DNA of 63,993 nucleotides, filler included, from Catajapyx aquilonaris (GCA_000934665.2; 3 parts of 3 records of this genome joined end to end with filler, not necessarily neighbours in it), one strand, 5' to 3'; counted from the first letter of the whole stretch, positions 1 to 13,339 are shown. Numbers and translations are program-made. The notes: generated from the sequence alone by a model not told the origin.

Positions 1-665
1 ACACTTGGGGGGACAAATGACCAGGGCTTTTTGCTGGAATTGGTTTCGCAATTTGGGAGGGTAATAGTCTCTAATGAATTAATGGCCGGCATTTAGCTTG
101 CTGAAATACAGTTTTGGCCAAAAATGCACGCATGCCAATCGATTAGTAGTTGGTGTCATCAGGTGTGAAGGTCGAATGGTAGGGGGTTGAGGTGAGGGAT
201 TTAAAAAAAAAATCAAAAAAATCAGAGCTATCCATGTCACTGATTGGATTTGGATCTAATCTGCTTAATTAACCTGCCGATGTATCATTTACCTGCGTTT
301 TACGGCCCCTAACCGGTATGTAAATGCAGATACATTAGTAACCATAGACTCAAACTATACTTGTAAATAGGTGGCCAGTGATGGTGACTCAATTATGCAG
401 AGAGCAGAGTGTATATAGGCTCAACGGCAAGAATGAACAAGGCTGCACTTAAATGTGCTACAGAACGTAAACCTATCTTGCTGATAAATACGGAATCATT
501 AAAATCGCTCTAGTCTATCCATGGTCCTGCCAACCAACGTTCAAAATTCCCTCCAGGAAAAGGACGTTTCGCCACATGCCGTCGGGGGCGCAGGCTGTTT
601 CCTCGCATCAGACCACGGTCATATAAGTAAGGTCTGGTCACTCCCACCCACCCCCTGCAGACGTG

Positions 666-933
666 TTTTGCAGAAGTTGCTCACCTGAGAGCGCCATGAG
701 ACATTTCGGAGGCCAGGATAAGTGGCGACCCTACCGGACTAGGCTGAACTTTATAGGTACGAAAGGGGAGGGCTACATTGGGGGGCCCAACATGGCCGCC
801 GGCGGCCATGTTGGGCCAGCATGTAGCCCTCCCCTTTCGTACTTATAAAGTTCAGCCTAATCCGGTAGGGTCGCCACTTATCCTGGCCTCCGAAATGTCT
901 CATGGCGGTCTCAGGTGAGCACCTGCTGCAAAA
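666..933. mobile_element. Spacer-less fold-back palindrome (about 130-bp arms), probable MITE
   Basis: Arms are near-perfect reverse complements about the centre ggcccaacatggccgcc|ggcggccatgttgggcc at about 800. Confidence 0.75.
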
Positions 934-1361
934 TTCCTCGGCAGGTGATAACGCCAGAACGTAGTATAAGTGTCTGTGGGCTGCATCAGACGATGCATTA
1001 ATTTTTTTCTCTCCAAATTTTAATCTCTTATCCTGGTGTTACCGTGCACTTTTGTAACAAACGAAATGCACTCCCGGAATCAATATTTTGTTTCCTTATA
1101 TCGAGAGCTCAACTTTTACTGTAGAAAAGAGTACGTAAGGACTTTAGTATACAGCAGGTCTGCTGTATAACTTATCCTTGAGACTGAATTCAGATTTAAA
1201 AAGGCATGACTGTTTACATAATGTTCTGCGGCCAAGTAACCAAACTGAAAAAGATTTGTTGGAATCATGCTCTCTGTCAGTATTTATCAAAAAATTCAAT
1301 ATAATTTATATGTCCAAAGAAAGGTGGCAGTCTTATTCCAGAGCAATATTTACCAAATTTT

Positions 1362-1391
<30 letters not shown>
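1362..1391. repeat. (CAA)n microsatellite
   Basis: About 10 units. Confidence 0.95.
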
Positions 1392-1392
<1 letters not shown>

Positions 1393-1407
1393 AAATCAAC
1401 AATAGTA

Positions 1408-1696
1408 CCTAAGCAGTTTGGAGTAGGGGATATGGTGTCCGACTGCTAATCGAGAGGTCCTGGGATCAAATCCCGCGGCCGGCAACTCTGACCGTGGTTT
1501 TCTGTGGTTTCCCACGGTCCTTCCTGGAAAATTCCGGAGTTGTTTCCGTAATTAATAGGCCACAGCCGCTTCCTTCCGTCCCTATCATATCCCAAAAAGC
1601 GCAGTAAAATGAAAGCAAAGAGTTCCAGGCAAAACAAAACTTCCCCCCTAAAGAGCCGATAGGCTGATAACGGGGTATGAATTATTAATTATTAAG
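1408..1696 (+). mobile_element. tRNA-derived SINE, family C (tRNA-Ser-like head, Lm1/Talua-like core)
   Basis: gactgctaatc anticodon-like loop, B-box-like gggatcaaatccc, core tggttttctgtggtttccc...ggccacagccgcttccttcc, TSD tcaacaatag. Related copies at 29.97, 41.4 and 53.9 kb. Confidence 0.85.
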
Positions 1697-2630
1697 TCAA
1701 CAATAGCCTCGAGTGGTTTGTAGCAATCATCAAAACTGGAGGGAAATTAGTTACTATTAAATAATCCAGCTCTATACTTTCAATTAACTATCATCGTTGA
1801 GGTGTTTGACCGAGCCCTCTGATTGCTCCGCCGCATATTGTTACCGCCACCTCCCCATTGGCCCGGCCCGCGTTCTACTTATGCGCAATGGGGTGTAAAC
1901 AACTCCTCTGTTGGGTTGCCGGGGAAACTGTCCATTCCTTCTCTGTATTGTTGCCCAGTTGGCACTACTGTGAAGTTGTTTACAGAGTCAGTTCCCTTTA
2001 TGGAACGACAGACACAGGACAGACATGTTCTCAGTTCTCACTAATCGGGCCGTTCGAACACTGCTGGAGGGCTAACCAAGGGGGTAATCACTCGACTGAA
2101 AAGTGTACACTGGAGTACCAAATTCAAGGAGTACCAAGGAGTAATAAAGAGGAGTACCTGGGAGTACCATTCGCAGGTGTACACCGGAGTACTGAAGTGG
2201 TTACCCCCTTAGGGCTAACGTTATACCTTGCGTTATACCCTCCCCCGGCGATATGGTGCGCCGAATAGGTACCCCAGGCCGCAGGCCTAGAAAAGAGCGA
2301 GCGAAGCGAGTGGTTTTCTAGGCCTGCGCCCTAGGAAAATGCGAGCGGAGCGAGGGTTTTCCTAGTAGGATTGCATGAAAGCAAATTATAGGGAAAATCT
2401 CCGATTAATATATGTGCGTATTCACAATGCATAACGATCGGACATAATTTTCTTCTGAAATTGTGTTGATACAACCGGTCATAAGGTACAGAAATATAAT
2501 ATACTGTACGTATGTCTTTTGACATAATATTATAAAGCTGGGTTACTCATACACTGATGCCTGTCATACTGTTATAGAAGCGGTTTCATTCCCTATATTT
2601 TCTTGACGGAGGTGACTGACCAGTGGCATA

Positions 2631-2983
2631 ATAATAATTTTTATTTATTTTACCCCGTGATACAACTGTAAGTCGTTATAGGGGGGTGGCCTACCACCAT
2701 CGGTTTTCTAGTATTCTCATACTTTTTCTTCGTTCTCGTTGCAGGGAAGCAGGGAAATGGGGGTAAGGATAGGGATTTTTGTGGAGGGGACACAGGTGCA
2801 AGTGCAATGTCGGATATGGGTCATGTGCAGTCCCCCAGAAGGCTATAGGTTGCCAAGACGCCTTCTTAGGCGCGGGCAGAGACCCACTGACGTAGGTGAA
2901 AGGGAAATCCCTGGCGGGGATCGAACCCGGGACCTTCTGCTCAGCAAGCCGAGACGTTACCATCTCGGCCACCGCGCCTTCCC
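2631..2983 (-). mobile_element. tRNA-derived SINE, family A
   Basis: Minus strand A box ggtggccgagatgg and B box gggttcgatccc; A/T-rich tail; TSD cagtggcata; copies at 10637 and 24145. Confidence 0.88.
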
Positions 2984-5894
2984 CAGTGGCATATAATTAT
3001 GCTGATGGACGCACGTTCCCTTTCGAACACAACCAGCGAATTAGGTGTTCCCATCACCTAATTTTCGAATTCAAAAATAGCTCATAACACCAATATTTCC
3101 AGATGTCCTTGAAATAAAATATACTCTGATTTAACCAGAACTCGTGCATCGACTCACTGGTCACAGCATTATAACCCCTCTATTTTTAACCCTCATTTGA
3201 TATGACAAATCTTGCAATAGTGCTCCACTAGCCTATATGAGGCCGGCTGGTTGAGATTGGCTACCTCATTTGTCTGCAAGTTCCATGCTTGCCAAGGGGA
3301 TGAGGAAATCCCCGCTGGAGAATACTAATGTGGGTGGGATTGGAATAAGGAATACTAAAAAAAAATAGACCACCACTGAAAGTGAGGGAGGAATAAGAGC
3401 TCTATTCTATCCGCAAGTGAGAGTTATACTGTAATTGGGTATCCCAAACTGGACTGGAGGTAATTTTGAACCACTAATGAATGCTGGTGCGTCATCTCTT
3501 GAAGGTTAAGCGAGATATCAAGATCAGTGCGTTGGAGCTTATGTGGTATTACATTTGCTTCAAGGGAGTAAGGGTTTTCGTAACCGTGGAGTTATTAGGT
3601 AATCTATTCTTACGGAACAGGTGTGAGAAAAGTGCAAAAAAAAAAATAATTAGACCTACTCCGGGGCAGTGTGGATTCTAGCCAGATGAGGTGTATAATT
3701 GTATCGGAATAATACAGCACAAGGGGCTGGGCAAGGTGAAAGCTCAGAAGGAAACGAATCTTCCGGTGAGACAACCAGTAAACAAGGTGACCTGGTTTAG
3801 GAAAATTTTATACGGTAGCATGTATATGAAACCGCCCATTTCCTCTAATTCATAAATGACGTACATCTTAAATTACTCTTTCACGCCTCTGATTGTTTAA
3901 CCACTATTGTTCTCAAAGCCCTCCTTTTCGCATCATTCAATTCAGGACGTGGAGCATATATATCCACATTTCTTGTGTGCAACGTCTGATGGTTAACGTA
4001 TAACGTCGGTATGACTTTGCCCTCCAACGGTGCCGCACCCTGAACTGTGACTGACAGGTTAAATAGCATAAATTATAAGTTGCCAATACGTGTCACCGAC
4101 CTTTTCCAATAATAATAAAAAAAAGAAGTTTTTCACTTTGAAGCCCTGAAGCGACTCATCTTTCCAAGAAGGTGACTTATTCAACAGGTTCGAATCAGCA
4201 ACGCTGAGCTATAATATATTAGGACATGATAAACCTACTAAACCTGTAGTGCCTGAGGAGTAGACGGTGATGACATAGTATAGAGACGCCAAACGGTCGA
4301 TTTGTGGGTGTAAAGAAGACACAAAGCGCATACATGGCGCCATCTGAATGTTAGCACACAAGGAAGACGAAAAAAAAGAACAACTAAAAAAACCAACGAA
4401 TGATTATTGCCCAGAAGTGCTCAAGGTTTCCGACTGTTCCTTTCGAGTGATTATAATAAGATGGGGGTATGGGGGAGGGGGGTTAGAGAGAATCTCCTTA
4501 GAAACTATGCTAGTTACGAGTCAGATAAGTATTCTTCGCATGGCCGGCACCGTTTTATTACCTAATTGCCGCATCCATTTTCCACAAACATTATTACGAC
4601 TGTAAAATTCTTATGACGCACATATATCACTTATATAATGATATGCAGTAACCTCCTTGCGTACATGATGAATTTGTGTTTAATTCACATGCACGTGGTG
4701 AGAATATGAGTGTTTTAGAACTTATTTTTAGATCAGTATTCAGTACATACACGTATGCAACATTCTGTTCGTGAAGTGGGAAGATAACCACTGCCTAAGG
4801 GCATTATAAGTCTGGGAAGTGGAGGTAACTTACCCACGGGGTAACCTGTTGTTTACTCCGTAACATTTTAGATAGGTTGCCATGATGGTGTAGTTACCCT
4901 AGGATATGTTGCCTCTACGCTCCACCCTCCAGACAATTCTAAATGGACAGGACAGATGCTGATTTTCAGTGTGGCAGTGAGACATTACCAGAGACTGAAA
5001 TCCTTTGCATTAAGATGTACCAGGTGCCAAAAAAGTTCCTTGTTGAAGGTATTTTGGTCATTAAAACTGTTAGAAAGTGTTTTTTTTTCCATTGTCACAT
5101 TTATTTTAAAACAAAATGACGTGTTTTAAAATTTGTAATTTTTAAAACGTCGTCTTTTCATGGGGGATCACTCCGCCACAGACCAGCATCGTACCTGTAG
5201 CATATGTTACCGTCTTGAGAAGCTTCGTCCAGTTGTATTTGCAGCCTGAAGACTGAGCACCAACAAGTGGTCATTTTGTTTGTTGAAAAGTAATTCAATG
5301 GTGAAGGGCGACTCGTCAGAAAATAGTAGCCTACTATATTCGATGAGAGTTGTTTTAGACGTGCATCATGCTGACCCTCCCGGCTTCGAACCGGCCACTT
5401 GGCCTTCTTACCGTTATCGAGGAAATGTGTAAATTTTGAAACTAGTGTACTAGTTTCAAAATACACATTTCCTCGAAAAAAAAGTGTTCGGAACACTTTT
5501 TTTTCTCTCGGACACTTGAGGTTCGCAAGATGTCTCCCTGGATGATGTCTCGGGGATCGTGGCCGGTCATCAGGTGCACCAAGGTCACACCTTTCAATTT
5601 TTGGGCCGATGTGTAGTTTTCTGTACGATGTCAGCCAGACAATTATTTTGCCGATATTAGACCACTGTCCATATTATTATTATTTGAAAAGGAAATTAAA
5701 TGATGAAATGAATAACAAATGAATAAGCATAATATCTGATCTTAAAAGTGACACCAAATCTGAGGAATTAATCATATATAAACAATGAGTAGTAATATTA
5801 TATCCTAAGAATATAACTTTGCCGCATCCCTATATATACAAGAACGAGAACTTTTATGCTTCACAGAAAATATGGCAAAATCTTGGCCAAAATA

Positions 5895-6634
5895 CAGGGT
5901 CATCGAAAAAGATTGCTTGGATTTTAAAATCCTATAACTGACTCGAAAACTTGTAGACATATCTGAATGATTCAAATTTTTAAACGCTAAGAAAATAACT
6001 TTGTCAAACATTTTGGTCTCACCTTAGTTTGTTTCGATACGAGCTTTATTTGTCGCTCAGTAGATAAAAAAAGATGGTATTCGGTCTCGTGCCACACCCA
6101 ATCAATCATATCTGGTGTTACCGTTATTGCAATCCTATCCCGTAGGAGCTGGATATGATGGGTCTTTACACCACACACATTGTTCTTGATGATGCACATA
6201 AAAAGTCGCCTCATCCACGAAACAAATCTGCCGTAGGAAAGTTTCATTTGTTCAGCCTCCCAGTGTGCGAAGTCTTGAATGAGAAGTTTCCCAATGCCTA
6301 TAGCACCCCCAGAAGCCCAGATCTTACCCCGATTGACTTTTTTGTGGAGATACATGTATGGTGAAAAGATCCTGCATCTCCAGCACCTACGAGATAGGAT
6401 CACAATGCAATGGTGACTCCAGACACGTCTGACCGGGTTAGGCACGACACCGATTACCGTGTTTACATTTGTTGAGCGACAAATGGAACTCATATCGAAA
6501 CAAACTATGGTAATACCAAAACTTTAGACACTTCGTAGCATTTCAAAACTTAAATCAGTAAGGCATTAAGCTATGTCTACAAGTTGTCCGGTTATCGGGT
6601 ATCAAAATCCAAGCATTCTTTTTCGATGACCATG
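5895..6634. mobile_element. Internally deleted Tc1/mariner element with long inverted arms
   Basis: TA-cagggtcatcgaaaaaga...tctttttcgatgaccatg-TA termini; internal transposase relic HLFSLPVCEVLNEKFP...PRSPDLTPIDFF. Confidence 0.85.
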
Positions 6635-9389
6635 TACAGCAGTATATTAATTAGTAGAACATGGTTGGGTATACAGTTAATAAATAACACTGTAAGTTGG
6701 CAATTGACTCATTTTACTCACGTATGCGTGATTAGAGAAAGAAAAACACCACATTAATAAGAGTCAAGCGAAAAGAGTGTCTTGCTGAATAATTTGCACC
6801 ACGTATTTTCTGAACACATGTTGCGTTAAATTAGTCTTGTAGTATTTCTCGAATGCGTGTTAGGACAGTCATTATTGAATACTACACTCCATATAATTAG
6901 TTCTCAACGCATGCATAATATTACTTATGAGCAATGAGCAGGTTTTGTTTTCGAAATAATCGTGTATCAACTGTTTTATTTTTTTTATATAAATAGAACC
7001 ACCTTGCATGTGGCGTGTAAACCATTCTTTGCAGCACTTCAGCTGTTCAACTTTTGGAATAAATTATGCGATACAAGATCCGATAGCAGCCGCATTATTT
7101 TCGGGCGGAAAATGTAATGCTCTGTGTAACAACCCAACCATTCCCTCCTTTATGGTGCAAAAATGTCCCTCCAAAAAAAACGCACTTCTGAGTAATCGCA
7201 GCAGGAGAAAACATTTGCAACAGTTAGACAGCAGTGATTAGTGCAGTGCCAAACCATCCCCTTCGGCTAGGAAAACCTGACTTTAAAAATGAACCTTCAT
7301 CAACCCCCCACTAGATGCCCCCACCAAAAAAATGGCCTCAGGTCTAAGCGGAGATCCTATCTTGTTAAGAAATGACCCGCTTCTGTCTTTACAGCTTGAT
7401 TCATGTACTGCTCATCAGCAAATCTATTTAATTAGTTCCTACCGGAATTACTGAAGGTATAAGCTGAGATGAGGCTTGGAAAGAATGTAAATAGAGTAAT
7501 GTGTTTTGTGAGGGGTTGGTGGTGGTGGTGGAGGAGGATGGGGAGGCATATTACGGCCTTCTTTCGTGCTGGATGCGCCTGCAATTAGCCTAACCTTGTG
7601 CAAGAAGCTCCCGGGATAATTAAAACAGATTGTTTCGTAAGGGTGACTTATTATCTTGCTGCTGTGTAAAGCCGGAAAGTTCTCGTCGACGGTTCCCAAT
7701 GCCGTGACATCCTTTCAGAGACCAGGGAAAAAAATTAACTATGGGACAAACCGGGAAAGTGGACTATGAGGCTAAGTGGAATATGACAGGGTGTTAATAA
7801 AGTTGTGGGATAAGAAAAATATTAGGCGATTTGGCTTCCAACCACCACCATGTCTTTCAATAGCAATTCACATCACTAGGTACATTGTTAATATTGTCGC
7901 GAGTCATTGTTTCTCATTGTGACGTCGTTACTATTACTGAATACAGTACTTACAGGAGGAATTTCCCTCCCATAATACCAGATAATACCCATGCTACCTG
8001 GTGGGGCCGGAAGATGCCATCAGGTAAGTACGGATTATACAATCTGCAGAGAAATATACTGCGCAGACCTTACAGTACACAGACTAGTGGAAAATAGTTA
8101 AAAGCAATGAGAACTATTACAGTGGTGCACAAAATAGCTTTAAAAAATCACCCATATTTGCTCTCTATAGAAGTTTTCTATTAGCAATATCTTTTCATGC
8201 TTGCAATCCGAAATTCAGTGTCTCCAAATGCGGGTACGGGTTGAATAGAGACACTTTGCCACCTGCTCGAAATTATTGGCAAAAGCAACCCCGTTTTTGA
8301 AGTGGGGGTAGAAATTAGCGGCGCCCTTTCAAGCTGCACGAAAGAGCCTCATTTGTAAGTAATGACTGCAGGCGTTTTTCACAAAATAGGTTGTGCCTAC
8401 ACCTGCACTAGACACTTCCCCTTATATAGAATCAAAGCAAGGGGGGGGGGGGACCCCAACCGTTGGCGGGATCGATGATTCGGCCAAGTTATGGCAATAA
8501 TAAAGCTGGCGTCATTAGAAGATTAATCACAACCCCTTGTCTTTGGCTCCAACACGAAGTGAAAGTGCCTATTAACCTTTTTTTGGAGACGGCTCTCTTG
8601 ATGTTGTCGCCCGATGGAATTAATCACCTGGCCACAACTTGGGATTGTTTTGAACGATAGAAGGTGCTACCGCGTACAGACTGTCGATAATAAATTGCAT
8701 TTAGTATTGCTGGGAAAATGTTCATGACTACACAAAATTGTGGAGTAAATTGCATGCAACTCAGTCATTATTATCGTGCAATTGGGAAAATTTTCTGTTC
8801 TGTGTATAAAATGATAGGATTTCTCAAATTTCCGTTCATACAACAATCCTCAACTCATTATTAATTAAACAGGTATTTCAAGGCGAATGTATGACGTTTA
8901 TATAACATTTGCAGGCCGCATTCGTGGTCAAAATGCGCCATTTTGTAAAAAAAGGAATGAGTCACTCTGTACGTTGCACCAGGCACGGAGAGTGAAATAT
9001 CGAGTATAATAATGGAGGCCTTCACATTTGTGAAACACCATATCCGTATGGCAATGAATTAATTTAATCACGACTTCTAGAATGACATGCCGGCGAAAAT
9101 AACGCTGAGAGCCGCAGTAAATATCTATTAATAGTGTTTATCATGTAATACGCAAGGGCAAACCAATTTTTTCCTCCCCCATAAGCCCCACTTAGGTTTT
9201 CATGCACAGCTATAATCACTTGCTCTTTTCCACAGGTAATCACAGCTGCGTAGTAGCGAGAATCACGAATAACAAGTTACATGTAACTTCAAACGTGCAA
9301 ATGGCAATCCCCCAAAGGTAAAATCAACTGAACCATATGAATAGACACAATGAAGATTTTGAGCATATACGGGTTAGTTATCGTACTGA

Positions 9390-9492
9390 TCAGCGGTGCT
9401 ACAAGGCTAAACACCGACGCCAGGGGGTGGTCCTCCTCCTGGAAATTTGCCCACTCTGGGGATCTTTAACGTGCACTCGCGCAATGTCACAA
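9390..9492 (-). mobile_element. 5'-truncated SINE, family E
   Basis: Matches the 40970-41055 part of the family E copy; 15-bp TSD tagttatcgtactga at 9375 and 9493. Confidence 0.8.
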
Positions 9493-10636
9493 TAGTTATC
9501 GTACTGAACCACCTCCAACCCCACTCCCAAGACATTCTATATCATAGAAACTCCGGGTCCCGGCTTATTAGTTCCGACTTCCTTGTATTCCCGTACCACT
9601 TCGCAGCTATGAATCCTTGATGAGGGAGACATTATCGAGCTTCGTCGCATAACAAGTCATTTCGTCTCCTCACCCCCCCCCCCCNCCCCCCCCCCCCTTT
9701 TCTCCCCTGGTCCGTTGGGAAGTGGGTGGTAGCATAAGGAGGGGGGCGAAAAATATTCCGGAGGAGGAGGGGGTGGGGTGTCAAATTTTTTTCAAGGGAT
9801 CCAGAAATGATTGCGAACCTCTTTTGACTCCTGCTGCACGCTAACTTGTGTCTCAGCGGGCGACAATCTCATTCCATATTTCTAGAGCCTTTTTTGATTT
9901 TCTGCTCAGCCGTGGCCCTGTAAAAGGCGCACGACCTGCGGTATAAGTGAAATTGTGACATCGAAGCGAGACCAATAATGGCGCCGGGGATGTGCGCGGG
10001 GGGTTGGCAATAATGATAATAAAAATGGAAGAAGGAGGGAGGGATGGGGGGAGGAAAACCTTTGAGGATATGCAAAGTTTGAGACCACTTGTGCATTCTT
10101 ATTTACGAAGTATAAAGTGACATGTGACCCCACCCTCGGCATGGTCCGTTAACGGTTTGGGAGGGTGCGGGAGGTATATTTGCTTTTACGCTACGGAGAG
10201 TTTCTAATTTAATGCGGCGTAACATGCTCTGCGGAGAGGGTAAAAGAAGGAAAATCTTCCTCGAATGAATATGCTGGCTACGTCCCTGGTTTATGCGACT
10301 GGAGCCTCTTGCGCAAACGGGGCGTAGAACCACTTTTGTCAGTTTTTGCTTAGGAGACATAAATAAAGCCGGCTGTAAAAGTTGGGCACAACAGTTCCTG
10401 CGGGAAATGTGAAACCATTCAGGATTGTACGAGGAAAGGGAGGAAAGATTGCCTTTTATAGGCTTAGAAAATAATAAAAAAAGAAATAGGATGATCCACT
10501 TCAGGTGCAATTTACATATTTGTATAGTTTCGTGAATGACAAGTCAGAATGCCAATAAAGAGGGGAGCCTCATTTCTTTTCTGCCTCGTACTAAAAACGA
10601 CCACTTCTATTATGTAATTCACATATGAACACGGCC

Positions 10637-11009
10637 GGGGAGGTGTAGATGGCCGAGATGGTAACGTCTCGGCTTGCTGAGTGAAAGACCCCAGGTTCTA
10701 TCCCCGCCTGGGGAACTTTCCTTTCACCTGCGTCAGGAAGGTCTCTGATCTGCACCAAGGAGGAGTCTGGCAACCTAACCTCCTGGGGAACAGCACATGA
10801 CCCATTAGCTACGACATTGCACCTTGCACCCATGTTCCCTCCCCAAAAATCCCTATCCTTTCCCATTGTCCCTGTTTCCTTGCACCGGTGAATGAAGCAG
10901 AAAATATATACAGAAAACTGATGGTGGTATGCCACCCCGCTATAGCACCCGTAAGGATCATCACGGGGTAAACTAAATAAATAAATAATAATAATAATAA
11001 TAATAATAA
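10637..11009 (+). mobile_element. tRNA-derived SINE, family A
   Basis: Homologous to 2631-2983; (TAA)n tail; TSD atg.acacggcc. Confidence 0.88.
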
Positions 11010-12034
11010 ATGCACACGGCCCTGAATGTTGTCAGTGGCAGTCTCAGTATGACACTGTCAACAGCCTGATTTTATGAGGAATGTATTCTCTCAATGGGTC
11101 CATTGTTCGAGGTATGTTAAGGTATTACGAAACACGCATTCTTCAAGGTAGCTCAACATAAAAGGTATCAGGAGGGGTGGGAAATTCTTGGAAATCACTC
11201 GTTCCTCTACAATCATTGTACCTTACAGGGCGTAGTGTTCGAGGAATTTTCCTCTTGAATTTCGTTTGCGTCACATGAAAACATCACTAAAAACGATCCT
11301 GTAACATGTACAGCGCTTAAAGCAACAATGACTCAAGTTTAGGATATGAAAAACACCTCACCTTCCACTTTATACTTGGACGGGGCACCTGAACAGGAAA
11401 CAACTTGGAATGAAGAGCTCCTTAGAGAAAGAAATTTTTGCTCTATTTTTCTTGATATGCAGCCAATTCAGTGGATTGGATTTTAAAAAGCTGGCCCTGT
11501 ATAGAAGGTAAAATAAATATTTAGGAGCTTCCCTCTCGTTTCTTAGTGATTACAAAATGTGACAGAAATTGACGGAATAATTTTCATTGATTTTCCGAAA
11601 ACGCGGGGAGAGGAAATGTTTTAAAAAATGCACGGGATAAGGGGATTATTATTATTATGACATGAGGTACCGTTTTTTAAAACTTCGATGCTGAAGCGCT
11701 ACACATTGAGCCAGTGTATATGGCAAAGGTATTATAACTTACATAGTTACATTGCTGAGGTAGAGGTCTATACCGCATTGTATCGCGCTGATGCCAAATC
11801 CCCCCAAAAATAATAATGTATAGCGTATATTGTAACAATAGGCATCACATCTCCTGAAGATATGAATTTATGCAAATTAAACAAGCTCCTGGGTAAACAA
11901 CATAATTATATGAACCGATTTTTTATTTCAAACAAATCACTTTTTGTTGTACAAAGGTTAGAAATGTTATCAACTTTTAACAGGAAACACGTTGTCTTAT
12001 TTGTACTTTCGACGAAGACAGCCGTCACTGCATC

Positions 12035-12465
12035 CACCTCGTCCTCAAGGCTCATCGTTAGGTCGAAGACATCTTCTTCTGCAGGATCTACAGGTCATTA
12101 TGTGGTGATCGATTGTCTACAACTACTGATTCAGATGGTATGGAGATGTGATCGCAGATCTCTGGCTAGTTGACTCTTGGGTCAGCTCTGCTGGATGATA
12201 CGATTAGTATAAGAGATGTCCGAATTAAGTTACAATCACCTACAGTTGTCTAGGGCCTCGTCCTCAAGCCCCATCGTGAGGTCGAAGGCATCCTCTTCTG
12301 CAGGGTCTGGCTGCAGTTCCTCGTCATGCTGTGGTGTTTGAGAGTCTACAGCTTCTTCAGAGGGTGGAGATGCAGTCACAGATCCCTGACCAGTTGACTC
12401 TTGGGTCAGCTCTGCTGGACGAAACAATTAGTATAAGAGATGTCCGAATTAAGTTAAAATCATTC
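12035..12465 (-). repeat. Tandem duplication (about 230-bp unit) of an intron plus exon
   Basis: cctcgtcctcaag..c.catcgt.aggtcgaag and agttgactcttgggtcagctctgctgga..attagtataagagatgtccgaattaagtta each occur twice. Confidence 0.85.
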
Positions 12466-12852
12466 ATAATCACCTTGTGTCTGGGTAGATGAGGAATGGC
12501 TCATCGATGCCTGAGGGATCTCAGGGGCGGTGCTTGGGTCAAAGTATCCTGTGGGGTTTTGGATCTCTACTTGATAGAGATTGTATGCTGGGATCATCAG
12601 CACCCCATTGTTGCTTACTTCACCGGACAGGTTTTGGCCCAAGGTATTCCCGATTATTTGGAATAACTCCACTTGCTGACTCTGAGGCATGGAAGCAGCA
12701 ACATGAGCAGCAGCCCTCGTGTCCATACGGCGGCGGGGACGCCCAACTTTGAAGGCGGGACCTTTACGCTCGCACTGACCCAGGTGGTGATCTTTTCGAC
12801 GACGTGCAGCATGTTTCAGCCTCCTGGGGTAAGCGAATGATGGGGGTTTCAT
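12236..12852 (-). CDS. Candidate orphan two-exon gene (about 185 aa; basic N-terminus, acidic C-terminus)
   Basis: ORF 12852-12474 joins in phase through a 59-nt GT..TACTAAT..CAG intron to ORF 12414-12236. Minus-strand AATAAA near 11921-11926. No recognisable domain. Confidence 0.4.
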
Positions 12853-13339
12853 CACGGAAGTGTTATACGGAACACTTCACACACAGCTGTGGTGCTAATG
12901 AATCGCTACAATGAAAATTATTTACTTGGAAACAGTAATATGTCGTAAGGTAACAACATGTTGATATGACGCTGCACGGCAACAGCGTCATATCAACATT
13001 ACGTTACGACATATTACTGTTCAAAGTTAACAATGATATAATTCAGGCTGCCAACTAGATCATTTTGTACTCCTCATATCTTTGCTAATATTAATTGGTG
13101 GTCACACTTATTTTTACTGCAATTGAAGTTGTAATATTGACGTAAGAATCCCAATTAATCTCAATTAATACTTCAGAATTAGGTTAGTTAATAATAGAGC
13201 GCACTATAAAGGGGAGTTTATACAGTCTTGTTTGAGTTTGGTTCACAAGGGACACAATTGAGCAATATTACTCAATTACGTAATGTCCTTTAAAATGCAG
13301 AGTGCTCCTTACCTGTGAGTCATTACCATCTTTCTCATC

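Noticed and set aside
2900..2983. tRNA genes at SINE heads (also 1410, 10637, 22676, 30605, 41130, 41740)
   Set aside because: A/B boxes are present but attached to repeated bodies with tails and TSDs, and no complete cloverleaf was seen.
3661..4430. Exon-like purine-rich segments and a 62-aa minus ORF
   Set aside because: Stops in the candidate frames and no recognisable homology.
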